A stretch of DNA of 63,706 bases, counting the filler, from Rhabdomonas costata (lineage: Eukaryota): assembly GCA_019059605.1 (NCBI GenBank). It is 49 parts of 49 records of this genome, joined end to end, with 100 filler letters (N's around TTAATTAATTAA, not from the genome) between each part and the next. Parts side by side here need not be neighbours in the genome. Positions count along the whole stretch, not along the records: positions 1 to 1,203 come from JAHMHO010023756.1; positions 1,304 to 2,505 come from JAHMHO010023757.1; positions 2,606 to 3,808 come from JAHMHO010023758.1; positions 3,909 to 5,111 come from JAHMHO010023759.1; positions 5,212 to 6,414 come from JAHMHO010023760.1; positions 6,515 to 7,717 come from JAHMHO010023761.1; positions 7,818 to 9,020 come from JAHMHO010023762.1; positions 9,121 to 10,323 come from JAHMHO010023763.1; 41 more parts are not named here. One strand, 5' to 3'. A program made the translations under genes and the position numbers. The notes below the pieces were generated by a model. It was given only the letters and a program-made list of their open reading frames with translations, made no database searches and was not told the origin of the DNA. Position 1 is the stretch's first letter. The number at the start of each line of letters is the position of its first letter. Positions 1 through 11,583 of this stretch are shown here, piece by piece.

Positions 1-713
1 TCACGATGACGCATCTCTCTCTGTACTGATTAAAAGCACCACGTACAGAGAGAGATGCGTCATCGTGGTTGAGGCAGCACTTGCCACTGGGTGTGGAGAG
101 AGAAAAGTTGGGCTTAAAAAAGTTGGGTTTCAAGCAGTCCGAAGAATACCACAGCACTCGGCAGAGCCGCACGCCAGGGAGGAGCACATCGTGCTCACGT
201 TGAGAACGAAGTTCTGGGGACAAGTGACGTTGCCTTGGCCACACAAGGGGTTCGCTATAACGAAATGAAAGTGGAGAGTGCATGAAGAGACGAACCAACA
301 GGAAGCTCAAACTCCGCTGGCAAACGGCGACCCATTACGCAGATCACAGGCGCAGTGTGCCTGGGTTTGTCGAGCTATGCCGTGCTACGTATGAACGGAT
401 CGGCTGGGAAACCCACCATCCCGAGCGAATTCTCGGGTATACATCCATGTGCACATCAGTGTTGCTGTGCCACAAGCAAAATCACGGAGAAAAGACCACA
501 AAAGAACCTTAGAGCTCAGCCATTATTTTTCGAAAATGGAATACTGTCAGAGCGTCTTTTTTGATGTTCTCAACTTCGAGAAGAAAAATATACTGGCGAG
601 ATCACTGTAACTGTCACGATAAGTAATGCCTTGTGCAGCTACACTCAGCTTGTGCCTTTGTTACCATGAGCACCGCGTACTTTTTTCAAGGAAAACCAGG
701 GGCGAAAAAGAAC

Positions 714-884
714 CTTCGCAGCGTCCACTTGAGGCCCATGTCCCATTCATGGTACATGACAAAATGCCTCCGCCAGAGAAGCCTGCTTGGCAACCGAAGG
801 TGCAGGTCTGCCCATAGGTCGTACCCCAGGCGCAGGCAGCGGCACTCGCGTTGGCGGGAAGACTTGGCAAGCCGCACTCAACAG
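714..884 (-). CDS. Internal exon encoding one sushi/CCP domain
   Basis: Bounded by polypyrimidine-CAG and GT; 171 nt, phase 1-1. VECGLPSLPANA...CAWGTTYGQTCTFGCQAGFSGGGILSCTMNGTWASSGRCE has the CCP Cys/Gly/Trp pattern. Confidence 0.8.
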
Positions 885-1203
885 CTGAGATGAAAGAAAG
901 ACAACCTCTCACATTCAGCACAACAGGCAGTTTGCAGTGTATTCGCTCAGGGGAAGACACACATTACCAAGTAGACATTACGGCATGAGGCAAACGCAAG
1001 ACCGCAGTATAGGAAGACCCTAAGGCTGCCCGGATGCGTTCAACCCAGTGCACCACAGCCAAGAGTTCCGGACGTCGATCGATCAGTTCGACCAAAGGGC
1101 CGGAATACACAAAAATGAAAGGAAGGGCTGATGTCAGGTGAGGAAGGGGAAGAAAGTAGCAGAGGACGCAGAGGAATAGGTGCACGAAACAGTAACCACA
1201 AAC

Positions 1204-1303
1204 NNNNNNNNNNNNNNNNNNNNNNNNNNNNNNNNNNNNNNNNNNNNTTAATTAATTAANNNNNNNNNNNNNNNNNNNNNNNNNNNNNNNNNNNNNNNNN
1301 NNN
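1204..1303. other. Artificial contig linker N44-TTAATTAATTAA-N44 (first of 48, recurring about every 1,302 nt)
   Basis: The same 100-nt block separates all 49 contigs. TTAATTAATTAA puts stop codons in all six frames. Confidence 0.98.
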
Positions 1304-3020
1304 CCCCCCCGAGCAGTCATCGCCACCATGTATTGCCGTTTGGGTTGCCCCAGGATGGCTTTCTCTCTCTTTCACCACTTGCCTTGGCGTGGGGCACTCT
1401 TTGCTGCGAAACGCCCGCCCGCATTGCCGTTGCGTTGGCAGTGTGGGTGCGAACACGGTGGTGTGTGCTGGGCGCCCTCCAAGTGATGAAGAAATTGTTT
1501 TTAGAAGGACCAATGTACCTTTTTTCTAGTTCGGCGGTGGGTTTATGATCTCTCATCCTTTTGTTGAGCCCCTGCTCTGGTTCCACAAATGGTACTACTT
1601 CTGTCTGGTGCCTCACGTGATTTAGCTGAGGGCAGCAGAGCCAGTAGATGAGTAAAACCCGGCCGGCTCAAGGGGCCCTGGTGGGTTGCCCAAATTTACC
1701 TTTTGCGAATAGGGAGGCGGCCAAACAAGATGATTGAGAATTTTCCCCCAGACAAAAAGGGCGTGCGCACAGAGAATGAGAAAACATGGCCAGCGAAAGA
1801 CGCAAAAACCAAAGACGCACCAAGGCAACCGAAAAGGCTAATGGGTCGACAGTTGTGTCTGTGTGTGTGGCCCGCCGTGCCCGACGCACGACGCACGCGT
1901 GATGGCGGGGTGCCGGTTGCGAATATGTTAACGCAGTGCTGTCATGAGCACCTGGGTGTTGATGATCCCCTGGTCCGTCAGCCCTTATTTAGTGGGGCAT
2001 CCCACAACACTATTGGGGCGGTTCCCCGCCTTCCTTGTCGCTTGGTCTTTTCCGGAATGTCCCATGCCCCGCGTTTGGCCCCGCGTTTGGCTGCTTTCGC
2101 CGTCTGTTTTTCTCACTAAAACTTTCTGCCCAATCTGGCTTTTTCTAAAAAAACGTTTCTATCGACGTTTCCCGCGGGGCCACCCCCCATAGCGCGGAAC
2201 TTGAAAGGGCCATGGCCTGTGCCCGTCGTGCCCTCACGTTTCTGGCCGTGCCCTCACGTTCGTGGCCGTGGTATTTTTACCGATAAATTCCCCTCCCGGA
2301 AAAACAGTGGTATCGAGCTTCAAAAGGCCTTTTCTTTTGGCCCTGTGTAGGCCGGGGCTGTGTGCCCAAGGCATTCTCCGCGCTGAGGACCCCGAGCCGA
2401 AGGTAGGGAGCCGGAAGGGATGGCGGATTCGTCACCTTTCGAGTGTTTCGGGTCAAAGCTAAGGCGGTCAAGTCCCCGTCGAGGTGAGGCATCCACCACC
2501 CCACCNNNNNNNNNNNNNNNNNNNNNNNNNNNNNNNNNNNNNNNNNNNNTTAATTAATTAANNNNNNNNNNNNNNNNNNNNNNNNNNNNNNNNNNNNNNN
2601 NNNNNGTTTTTGGTGGTCGAGGTCATGGAGGTTAGGTACTTTCTATATATACTATATATCTATCATATCTCAGCAGAGGACAGAAGAAACGAAGAAATAA
2701 GTGCTACGGTGCCCCACAAAGGGAACTACACACAGAACAATCCAGGCAAGCCCACAAGGGCAAACCTGAGTGCTTTGCGTGCATGAATCGATCGCACGAT
2801 TTGGGCAAGCGCTCCTGAATTTCTTCGCCCGGTGCAGCCCCCGGTGACACACCGGGCAAGGCGCGAGAACCTCAGCAGAATGTAACGAGAACCTCGGAGC
2901 CGGAGCCGGAGCCGGAGTGCTTCCATCGTCGTCCTCGACCTCCCACAGCATTGGCAAGGATTCGACCAATCCAATAATCGCAGCTCCCGTTGCAGGCATC
3001 TCCCCGACCCCTGGCCGCCC

Positions 3021-3179
3021 CTATGCCGCAGCCGCGGGCGAAGCGGGGGGTGAGAGAGGCCTAGGGGTGAGCTCGGCCTGTCTCTGTTCGTACAGCCGCC
3101 GCAGGTTGGCGCCTTCCTGCCAGCCCTGTCGCCCGGCCTGCTCCCACAGCTGTTCCAGCTCCGGCAACGACTCCGCCAA
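3021..3179 (-). CDS. Probable terminal exon, unknown protein
   Basis: ttcctcccttcag acceptor followed by a GC-rich frame LAESLPELEQLWEQ...PASPAAAA-stop. Confidence 0.4.
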   Translation of the reverse strand: MAESLPELEQLWEQAGRQGWQEGANLRRLYEQRQAELTPRPLSPPASPAAAA

Positions 3180-5993
3180 CTGAAGGGAGGAAGATGGCGG
3201 GGTGTGTGGGTGAGTGCGGAAGGTTCTAGCGGCGCTCCGTTCCGGGGAACAAGGCGAACTGAGATGGGGGAAATTCACTTCTGAGGGCCATAATTTACCA
3301 TATGGTATCCCATAACATGCTGCACCGGTGCTGTAACGTGGCACAACATAAGCGGACGCCCAATCGTAATCGTAAATGTTAAAAGATTAGATGACAAACA
3401 CAGAATATGCACACTCACGAAGGGAGGGGGTGTAATATCCCCCCAGGCGGCGCGCGTCCTGACCGGGACACCTTTCCTTTTCTTCCCCTTTTCTTTTCCC
3501 TTTTACCCATCTCTCGTCCTCCATCTTTTTCTTCCGCGCACAATACAGACACAAAATTATACAAATATTTTCACTGTCTCAGCCAAAGAAGTGGGGGTGT
3601 AGTGCAGCTGTGTGCACCTTCATCCGAGCGTAGTGTCGCCAGAAAATCTGCAGGCCGTGGTCTTTTGTGTCGCAGTCCGTCCTCTGGCACAGCGTCACCG
3701 TGCGTTGCTGCTCCCCGCGTAGCGCCGGAAAAAGGGAAATCCCTGCCCACCGCTCAATGGTCTCCAGTGACGTCTGCATCGCCCCCCCCCCCCAAACACA
3801 CCCACCACNNNNNNNNNNNNNNNNNNNNNNNNNNNNNNNNNNNNNNNNNNNNTTAATTAATTAANNNNNNNNNNNNNNNNNNNNNNNNNNNNNNNNNNNN
3901 NNNNNNNNCGGCCTGAAGAAAGGTGGCGATGTCTCCCTGGAGCCAGATCACGCTGTGGGTGGAGAGGCCATCCACCAGGAAGGAGCGGAGGATTAAGCTT
4001 TCTTCCGGAGGAGCTTAGGGCCTGAGGAAGGGCCGCTGCAGGGATGCAGGCGGTGATTCTCAAGGTTCGCTGCCACAGGATGGCGCCACGGGTGGCGAGG
4101 GAGGACACGTCCACGAGGCGGCGGGAAGGAGGCAGCATGGCGCTCAGCATCCAAAAATGGCGCGGGTGCCCCCCATTTGCCGTGGAGGCCCAGTCAAAAG
4201 CCCAGCGCTCATACAACTCCAGGGCGAGCAACACAGCGTCAGCGGCTGCGAGGAGGTACCGGGGCCGGGCCTTGGAAGAAGCGGTGGAGGCAGAGGTGTC
4301 CACAAGGAGGGTGATGTGGACGGCGGCGTACGAGCAGAAGGCGTATGCCTTCCGCACTAGGATGAGGTTCTCCTGCAGTGAGGTGGAGGAGCCGGGGACT
4401 GCAGGAGGGAGCCGGCAAGGCATTGGCAGTGGGAGCCTCGCTGGGACTGGTGGACTGGTGGCTAGGGCGCTGCGGTGGAGGCCGGGCGCTGCAGTATCAC
4501 GAGGAAGATACTGTGTGGAAAAGTAGTGATCTGGGTGAGCTTCTCGATGGAAGGGAGGGAGTGGGGTAGGAATAATACCACGTCGACGTTAACAGCCAAA
4601 TCTGCCGGCCGGAGTGACAGAGGAACGGGATCTGCGGCAGTGGCGGAGCTGGGGCCCCGCTGAGCCCCAAACTTGGGGCAGTTGCCGTGCTCCGCGTGGA
4701 TCGCCCGTTTCCTGGCTTTCCGGGTTGGAGACCATCTGCTGCCGGGTGGATGAGCGGAAGAGGAAGAGAAATAGCGGTTGGGACGTGGACCGAGGAAACC
4801 CGGTTTCCGATCTGAAGTGGTAGGGCGCTATTATCCGGCATGCCTGTATGAAACCGGCCGCTATCCACCTCTGCGCGTGGAGGCAGGGAGCCATGATTTT
4901 ATTTACACAGACTAATGCCCTTCATTCCCATCATCAAACTTACGAAGTTACTTTGACATCAACCTCCCTCTAGTCACCATGGCTTCACCCATTTTGACAT
5001 CATCTACATCCTTCACGCAAACACTTTATAACTCGTCTTTTCAACTCCAACTGTACCTCCAGACCATTCGCGGCAACACCGATTACCTGTGCTTCGGCTC
5101 ACACACCCCCANNNNNNNNNNNNNNNNNNNNNNNNNNNNNNNNNNNNNNNNNNNNTTAATTAATTAANNNNNNNNNNNNNNNNNNNNNNNNNNNNNNNNN
5201 NNNNNNNNNNNGTGGGGTTGGTCATCCCAGCATCATCTCTACGCTTCAACCCAACGATGGAGTGAGACAGAACGCACTGACCCACCGAGTCGAAGGGATG
5301 AAGCGTAGAGATGATGCTGGGATGACCAACCCTAACCCTTCAACCCAACGTAAGCCTAAACCTAAGGGGTGTATTCCTCTACGGCTACGCCAAGGACGGA
5401 CCGAGCGTACCGATGTGAGTCGGGGAGCGAGGGAAGTGACACGTATAGGTGAGTTGGAGTGGGAGGGACTGAGCGAACCATCCCTATGGTGGGTAGCGAA
5501 GGACCGACAGAGGGTTAAAGGCATACTCAACGGGGAATGAAGGCCTTGAGGGGTTAATGGCTGGTCGTATGCTCAGTGCCTTCGCATACTCCCTACGTAT
5601 GGTGGTTCGTGCATTCCAGCGAATTGACCAACTTTTTGACCAATTTTTAAGTGTCAGCTGTTCTTGAGCCCAACTCGAGAACCCGAGATTTTAGAAGACC
5701 ACAGTAGAAAAGGACTTCAGACAACTTCAGCAAAGCAGAACCTGCCCTTGTTTCTTTCTTTTGTATGCGTTATGCTTTGCAATGGGTGGTAGATTAAATC
5801 GCTTTTGATTTACTCGAATATCTTTTTGATTTTTATTTGAATCAACTGTGATCGATTTATTACAAGGAAAGTAAAGTTGCTGTTGTGAACTAATTCCGAA
5901 TTCGCACAAATAACCAGGAAAGCATCACTTTCCGCAAAATCTCGGTAAAAACACGCAGCACCCCAGTTTCTAATGCTGTGGTGTCTTGGACAG

Positions 5994-6174
5994 GTGTGTC
6001 TCCATCAAGAATTATTTACGCGAATCCTTGCAAGACTCCCGCCTACATCGCCAGAGCTTCGGCACTTGGGGTCTGCCGCATGACTTTTGATAACGAGTTT
6101 GAGATTGACAAGATGCGTGAGAACCATCCCAACGCTGAACTGGTGCTTCGACTAGCCGTATCTGGGAGGTCTGC
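5994..6174 (+). CDS. ODC: Ornithine decarboxylase exon (PLP-dependent group IV decarboxylase); 3' boundary approximate
   Basis: CAG acceptor at 5991-5993. GVSPSRIIYANPCKTPAYIARA...MTFDNEFEIDKMRENHPNAELVLRLA matches the ODC motifs RIIYANPCK and MTFD..E..K...LVLR. Several GT donors are possible between 6158 and 6182. Confidence 0.9.
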
Positions 6175-6514
6175 GTATGAAGTCAAGGGGTGCTTTTTGC
6201 TTTGCTTCCGTGGCTGTTGTTGTTTGCTGAAGGCAACTGCCCGACCTATTGCTCCATGCAAATGACCATTTGGCTTGTCCTTCATTTGCCGTCAAAAAAT
6301 GTCAGAGTATCATGTCTAAGTCAAAGTCCCCAAGCCTAGGGTGTTGTCTGGGCGTAGTTGTTCCACCAACCGGTCTAAATCCCACTCTTCTACATGAGGC
6401 ACAACCACACCCACNNNNNNNNNNNNNNNNNNNNNNNNNNNNNNNNNNNNNNNNNNNNTTAATTAATTAANNNNNNNNNNNNNNNNNNNNNNNNNNNNNN
6501 NNNNNNNNNNNNNN

Positions 6515-7200
6515 CTAGACGCTGCTCGCCGCATCATCACGGCATTTTCTACATGCGCTCTCATCTGTGTTTACCTGGACTTGGAGCTTGTCTTGCTCTA
6601 TCATCCTCACCCTCCTATATCTTCCATTCTTATTCTTCATCTTCTACTTTGACTAAACCAACCAAAATGCACAACGAAGCAAAATCAATCTCTGCTCTTC
6701 AGCATTATGGTTTTGCAGGTGCCACCGCTTCGCAGAATCACCGCCAATGGAGGCCACAGAGCCCGGCACAAGAAATAGAACAGAGAAGCTCTCCCTACCG
6801 TGATCGCGAGAGAATTCGTAGTTCGCAGCGCTACAGTAGCAGCTAATCACCACGTAGAACCTAATAGCGTGATGGAGACCTTGACAGGAGTGACAGGATC
6901 CGCGACTGGGAACGCGACAGCAATAGCGACCGATACTTGGAGCGAGAGCGTGATAGAGTCAGATACAGAAGTAAAACGCCACCAAGCAGAGACGCCGACA
7001 GAAGCCCACCACGTGAAGATTCTTACTACAGCTCTAACCCGAGACCATCGTATTATTTTCGAGACCGCCTAGAAGGTTTGCTTAATTCACAATGTCCACC
7101 AAAAGAACTCCGAACCCCTAACACAGCCAGCGCAAAAGAGTACATGCCGCCTATGTGGTAAGGTAGACCATTTTATCAAGAAATGTCCAGAGCGAAGGAG
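6515..7200 (+). mobile_element. Decayed gag-like region: RS/RD-rich tract followed by a CCHC zinc knuckle
   Basis: 7145-7186 reads CRLCGKVDHFIKKC (CX2CX4HX4C). The upstream RD/RS-rich frame has stops and a frameshift, and no splice signals are evident. Confidence 0.55.
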
Positions 7201-8640
7201 GTATGCGCCGAGAAGAGTTAAGGAACGTGGAGGGTTGGTGGGTGGTGATTGTAGGAGGCCAGTTTTGAGAGATTAAACGTGGCAGGAGATGAGACTGGTG
7301 CCTTTCCCACGAGTATTGTGCGAGCCCCACGCCAACTGTGATGTCGGAGCGTGTAGTTGTATAAACATGGGAGAGTAAAACACAACGTATAGTACCAGCA
7401 CCAGTTCAAGTAACGGAGATGTTTCAGTGTTTAGCAAGTCATCAGTAGTACACCTACTGTCATCGTCTAACGATAAGCCGCCTTCAACAATCTTTCTGCT
7501 TCCTTGCGTGTGTTGAGTCGTCAGGTGAATCACCAGGTGTAATTCGGAATGTGATTGAAACCGACCAGAACTGTCATAAACGTGCAGTACTCCAATTACA
7601 GAAAATTCGGAAGTTTCAACTCATAAATTAACCTTATCACCCTCATAAGCCCCCAGACTAACTTGAGTTGCGTAGCTGTGGGAACACCTCCGTAATTCCA
7701 GCCGGAGTCTCTGCCGCNNNNNNNNNNNNNNNNNNNNNNNNNNNNNNNNNNNNNNNNNNNNTTAATTAATTAANNNNNNNNNNNNNNNNNNNNNNNNNNN
7801 NNNNNNNNNNNNNNNNNTGTGGGGTGGTTTAAACTCGGCCAGGACGGTTGTTGTGCCCGTGTGTGCACGTGTGTGCTTGAAGGGGGGGGGGGTGAATGAT
7901 ACTGGTGGCGGTGCAGTATATGTGTGCATGTTTGTGCGGGCGGTGCTGGAGACATCAGATGTGTAGAGTGATGGTGGAGGACCGTTTGTCATTTCCCGAG
8001 ATGATGTCGTTGGATGACCGGCGATGTCAAAGGAACCTGAGTCTGGTGGATCTATATGCTTGGTTGGTGGGGTGGTGTTCCCGCGAAAAGGGCACATCCG
8101 AGCGGGAAAAAGTGTTTCTTATCGGTTTTGAAACATGCCCGTGCCTGTGGAATCGGTTTCCGGTGTTAGCGTGATTTTTTTGTTCAATTCGAGTTTTCTG
8201 CCTGGAGCGGGGTGAACCCACGGAGGCTGACAATAGCCCTCTGTTGTGCAACGTGCTTACCCACTCAGCTATGCGCGTGAGCCTGAAAGTGTCCTGGCTG
8301 GAGCCGGTATGGAGCCGGCTTTAAAAAGTTCAGGATTTCACGTAATGAGAATACAAACTTCGTCATTCAGACAGCGAACCAGGGCCCCTTCCCCAGTCCG
8401 CCGGGATAAAAGCGCGCCCAACGGCGTGTGCGCAACAAAGAAAGAGTAAAGCAACCCCACCCATAGCGTTCTCAAGAAAAGACACGGCGACACAGGAACT
8501 TCGAAATGCCAAAATGCACTGAGCAGATGCAGCTTTGGCCGAGGACGGCCCCCATCCCACGGCACCACCGCAACACACCCGCACTGAACACAAGGAACAA
8601 CAAATGGAGATGTGTGCGGAAATATGGAAGATACAAAAAC

Positions 8641-8821
8641 CTGCGTGCAGGCATTGAAGAAGGACACTGTCTCTGTGGCAAGGGGGTAGCCCGCATCCAG
8701 CGGGGGCGACGTGGTGCACTTCCGGAGGAAGTAGTAAGGGTGGCAATCTATGGGCGCGGAGGCCCACGGGATTAGCCCCGTGAGCATCTCAATCACGACG
8801 CAGCCCATGGCCCAGATATCC
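8641..8821 (-). CDS. Ser/Thr protein kinase exon (subdomains IX-XI, MAP3K/STE-like)
   Basis: AG/GT bounded. DIWAMGCVVIEMLTGLIPW...FFNACTQ. Confidence 0.88.
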
Positions 8822-9885
8822 CTGGGCTCGGAAGGAATTGCCCCTACAAAACAACCATACAGCTGCCATGGAAAGAAGTCAGGCTCGAAGCCTCATAGCA
8901 CCCATTCTTCACGGCAGAAGTAGCAGCAGCACACCTCTCACAAAAGAGAAGAGACTGGAAGTCTGGTAACTGAACCAGGAAATGACTTCAATTTCAACAA
9001 CTACAACCTCCGAAGAAAATNNNNNNNNNNNNNNNNNNNNNNNNNNNNNNNNNNNNNNNNNNNNTTAATTAATTAANNNNNNNNNNNNNNNNNNNNNNNN
9101 NNNNNNNNNNNNNNNNNNNNCCCTTGGATTGCCACCTTGCTTTCTCGGGAGGTGTTTGGGCCATGATTGGGGAGGGTCCCTGAATCTGGGCCTTACTCCC
9201 GATGGGCCACCTTTCGAGCTTTGCGGGGGTGTACGCTTTTTTAGTGGCACTTCGGTCGGACCTTCAAACAGTGCTTTTTTGTGCAGTATGCGTTTTGCTG
9301 ATTTGAGCTTAGTGAGTCAGGGTCGAGGCTTAATAGTTTTTGAGCACCGTTTCCAATAAACATAGTAAAAAATGATCCTATTCCCTGAAGGAGTTGTGGG
9401 TCACAAAACAGCAATGGTTGGCGCCACGGATGCAGAAAAATTACAGCCGGAGGTTATGCCGTTTTTGATTACTTTCCTGTTTCAATCTCTCTCTCTCTCT
9501 CGTGTGGCGTTGAGAATAAGCGAGGGCGGGTGTTTCGGACACGCCAACTGCACATAGGTGCTTTGGGTTAAATCAGCATATCTTAGTGTATCTCGCAGTC
9601 GCTGTCCTGGAGGTGTTGAAAAGGCTTTTAACACCCTGCTGAGCTGGCAGAAGGTGAACCGTGTCAATCGGCACACTTTTTCGAGCGTGTTTCCTTCCTG
9701 GAAGACATTTTTATCTTCCCGAGGTTCACTGCTCTCGTTCGCTTACCGACAGCTCGTTTGGTTCGACCTCCTCCCCACCGCACTCCGCTTTTTTTCCCAC
9801 TCTCATTCTCACGCACCGCGCGTCGCGCTCTGCAACCCTCACGCATGTCTTCCGTCCCTCCGCACACCGGGCCCTACACCCGCAG

Positions 9886-10287
9886 GCGCCCCAGCACCCT
9901 CGCCGCACCACGTCCCACTGAGTACGGTCCAGAGCCTCACTCTACCCCTGTGGCCACGGTGGTGAGCAACATCTTCGGCAACGCCGCAATGGCGCTGCTG
10001 CTGAGGGCCTCTGCCCCTGCTCCCAGGACGACGCCCACCCTTGGCCCTGTCGCCACCCCAGGGGCTCTCAGCATCCACGGCTCTGCCTCACGTGGGCTTG
10101 CAGTGGAGTGGCCCGCCTCGCCATCCTCGAAGTACGGTTCGTACTTCCCTCGGCTGACGCCTACCGCCCACCCGCCCTTGTCGCTGACGGCCTTCAGCCC
10201 TGCAGGCAAGGGCATTACAAGCAAGGGCCACGCTCCTGCAGGCCATTCCACTCAGGGGCTGTGGCCCAGGCTCACACCAGTGAGGAC
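9886..10287 (+). CDS. Possible exon, Pro/Ala/Ser-rich unknown protein
   Basis: cccgcag acceptor, an open GC-rich frame, and candidate GT donors near 10280-10288. No family recognised. Confidence 0.3.
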
Positions 10288-10423
10288 GTAACCCTTCTCC
10301 TTCACTGACCTTCACACACCCCCNNNNNNNNNNNNNNNNNNNNNNNNNNNNNNNNNNNNNNNNNNNNTTAATTAATTAANNNNNNNNNNNNNNNNNNNNN
10401 NNNNNNNNNNNNNNNNNNNNNNN

Positions 10424-10440
10424 GTGGTGGGTGTGTTTGG
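10424..10440 (+). other. Amplification-primer remnant GTGGTGGGTGTGTTTGG at a contig end
   Basis: The same 17-mer is at 27359-27375, and its reverse complement at 3792-3808 and 42865-42881, always flush with a contig end. Confidence 0.85.
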
Positions 10441-11007
10441 GGGTGGTTGGTGTGAAGGGGTTGATTATTCGAGCTGGTTTCGCCGCTATCTTATCTGTGC
10501 ATCCTTACAGGCACACTTACAACGGCAGAAGGCTTCGCCAGTAGGAATTAGCTGCTACGCATTACATATACAGAACGGTGACCAGTGATAGCCCTGAAAA
10601 CTTTATATGAGAGGATAAGGTCTACTGTGCCTCTTAATGATGTTGTTTCAGAGAAGAGGGTTAGTTAGACTCTGCCAAACTCTGTCCTAGCTCTGCTATC
10701 TCAATCACTCTGTTGCTAGCTTTGGATGGGGCGGGTTCCTTAGATAATAAACCTCAATCAAATAGTGACATGGTCCGAGGTGAAAAAGCCACAAACGTTT
10801 ACCCCTTGCCCAAGGTCAAAGGCTACATGATGCACAAACCAGTCGCACGCTAACGCCAGGGGTTAAACATCATGCTGGCTTTGCGGTTGCCGAGCCAGGG
10901 AATTCTCGCAGCGGAGCACACTCCGTCCTATGTATACATAACAAGAGGCTTCCGCTCCGCTTACATCGCTGCAATTGCACACGGAAATCCACACTGTGTG
11001 CCGGCAG

Positions 11008-11583
11008 TGAACTGCGTCGATGTGAACGCGGCCGTTCTGCTCACCATGGTGGCGATGCCGATGACTCTGATGGGGGTACATTACGCCTCCTCTGTCTCAC
11101 CGCCCACCCTTAAGCGGTACTTTGGATACTGGCTCACCCTTGCTGCAGTGTTGATCCCCATCAAGGTACGTTTTTTTTGCCATTTCGATTTCCTTGACCT
11201 CGTTTTCTTCGTTTCTTTTTCATGTCGCCGTTGTCTTGGTTTGCTTTGCTTTGCTGTGTTTTGCATTTTGCTTCTCGAACAAAAACCCGAACAATGACCC
11301 CGCATTACTGAAACAAGTGCTCGCTTTGTTGGGGTGTTAAATTTATCGCACGCCACGACAACGGTGACTTTAAATTGGAAAGGCACGGATATGTGGATAG
11401 CATATGAAGATTTAACTCAACCTGATGACTCCTCCCGATTGGCGAGTTGTTCTGTTATCTTCCTTGGATCAAAGGTAATGCTTCCCACGCTGCTTGAAAG
11501 TCATGCTCTTCTGACCTCTGCTCACACCCCGGGATTCTACGCAACAGTCGGGGGCATCGGGACCCTCTCGGGGTTCCTGTCAG
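11008..11583 (+). CDS. TauE/SafE-family membrane transporter, two exons (11008-11165, 11475-11583)
   Basis: The GT-AG intron 11166-11474 joins in frame. VDVNAAVLL...SPPTLKRYFGYWL followed by GIGTLSGFLSG are typical TauE repeat motifs. Confidence 0.72.

Noticed and set aside
1248-1259. Regularly spaced TTAATTAATTAA palindrome resembling a repeat-spacer array
   Set aside because: It is always embedded in 44 N on each side, so it is an artificial six-frame-stop linker.
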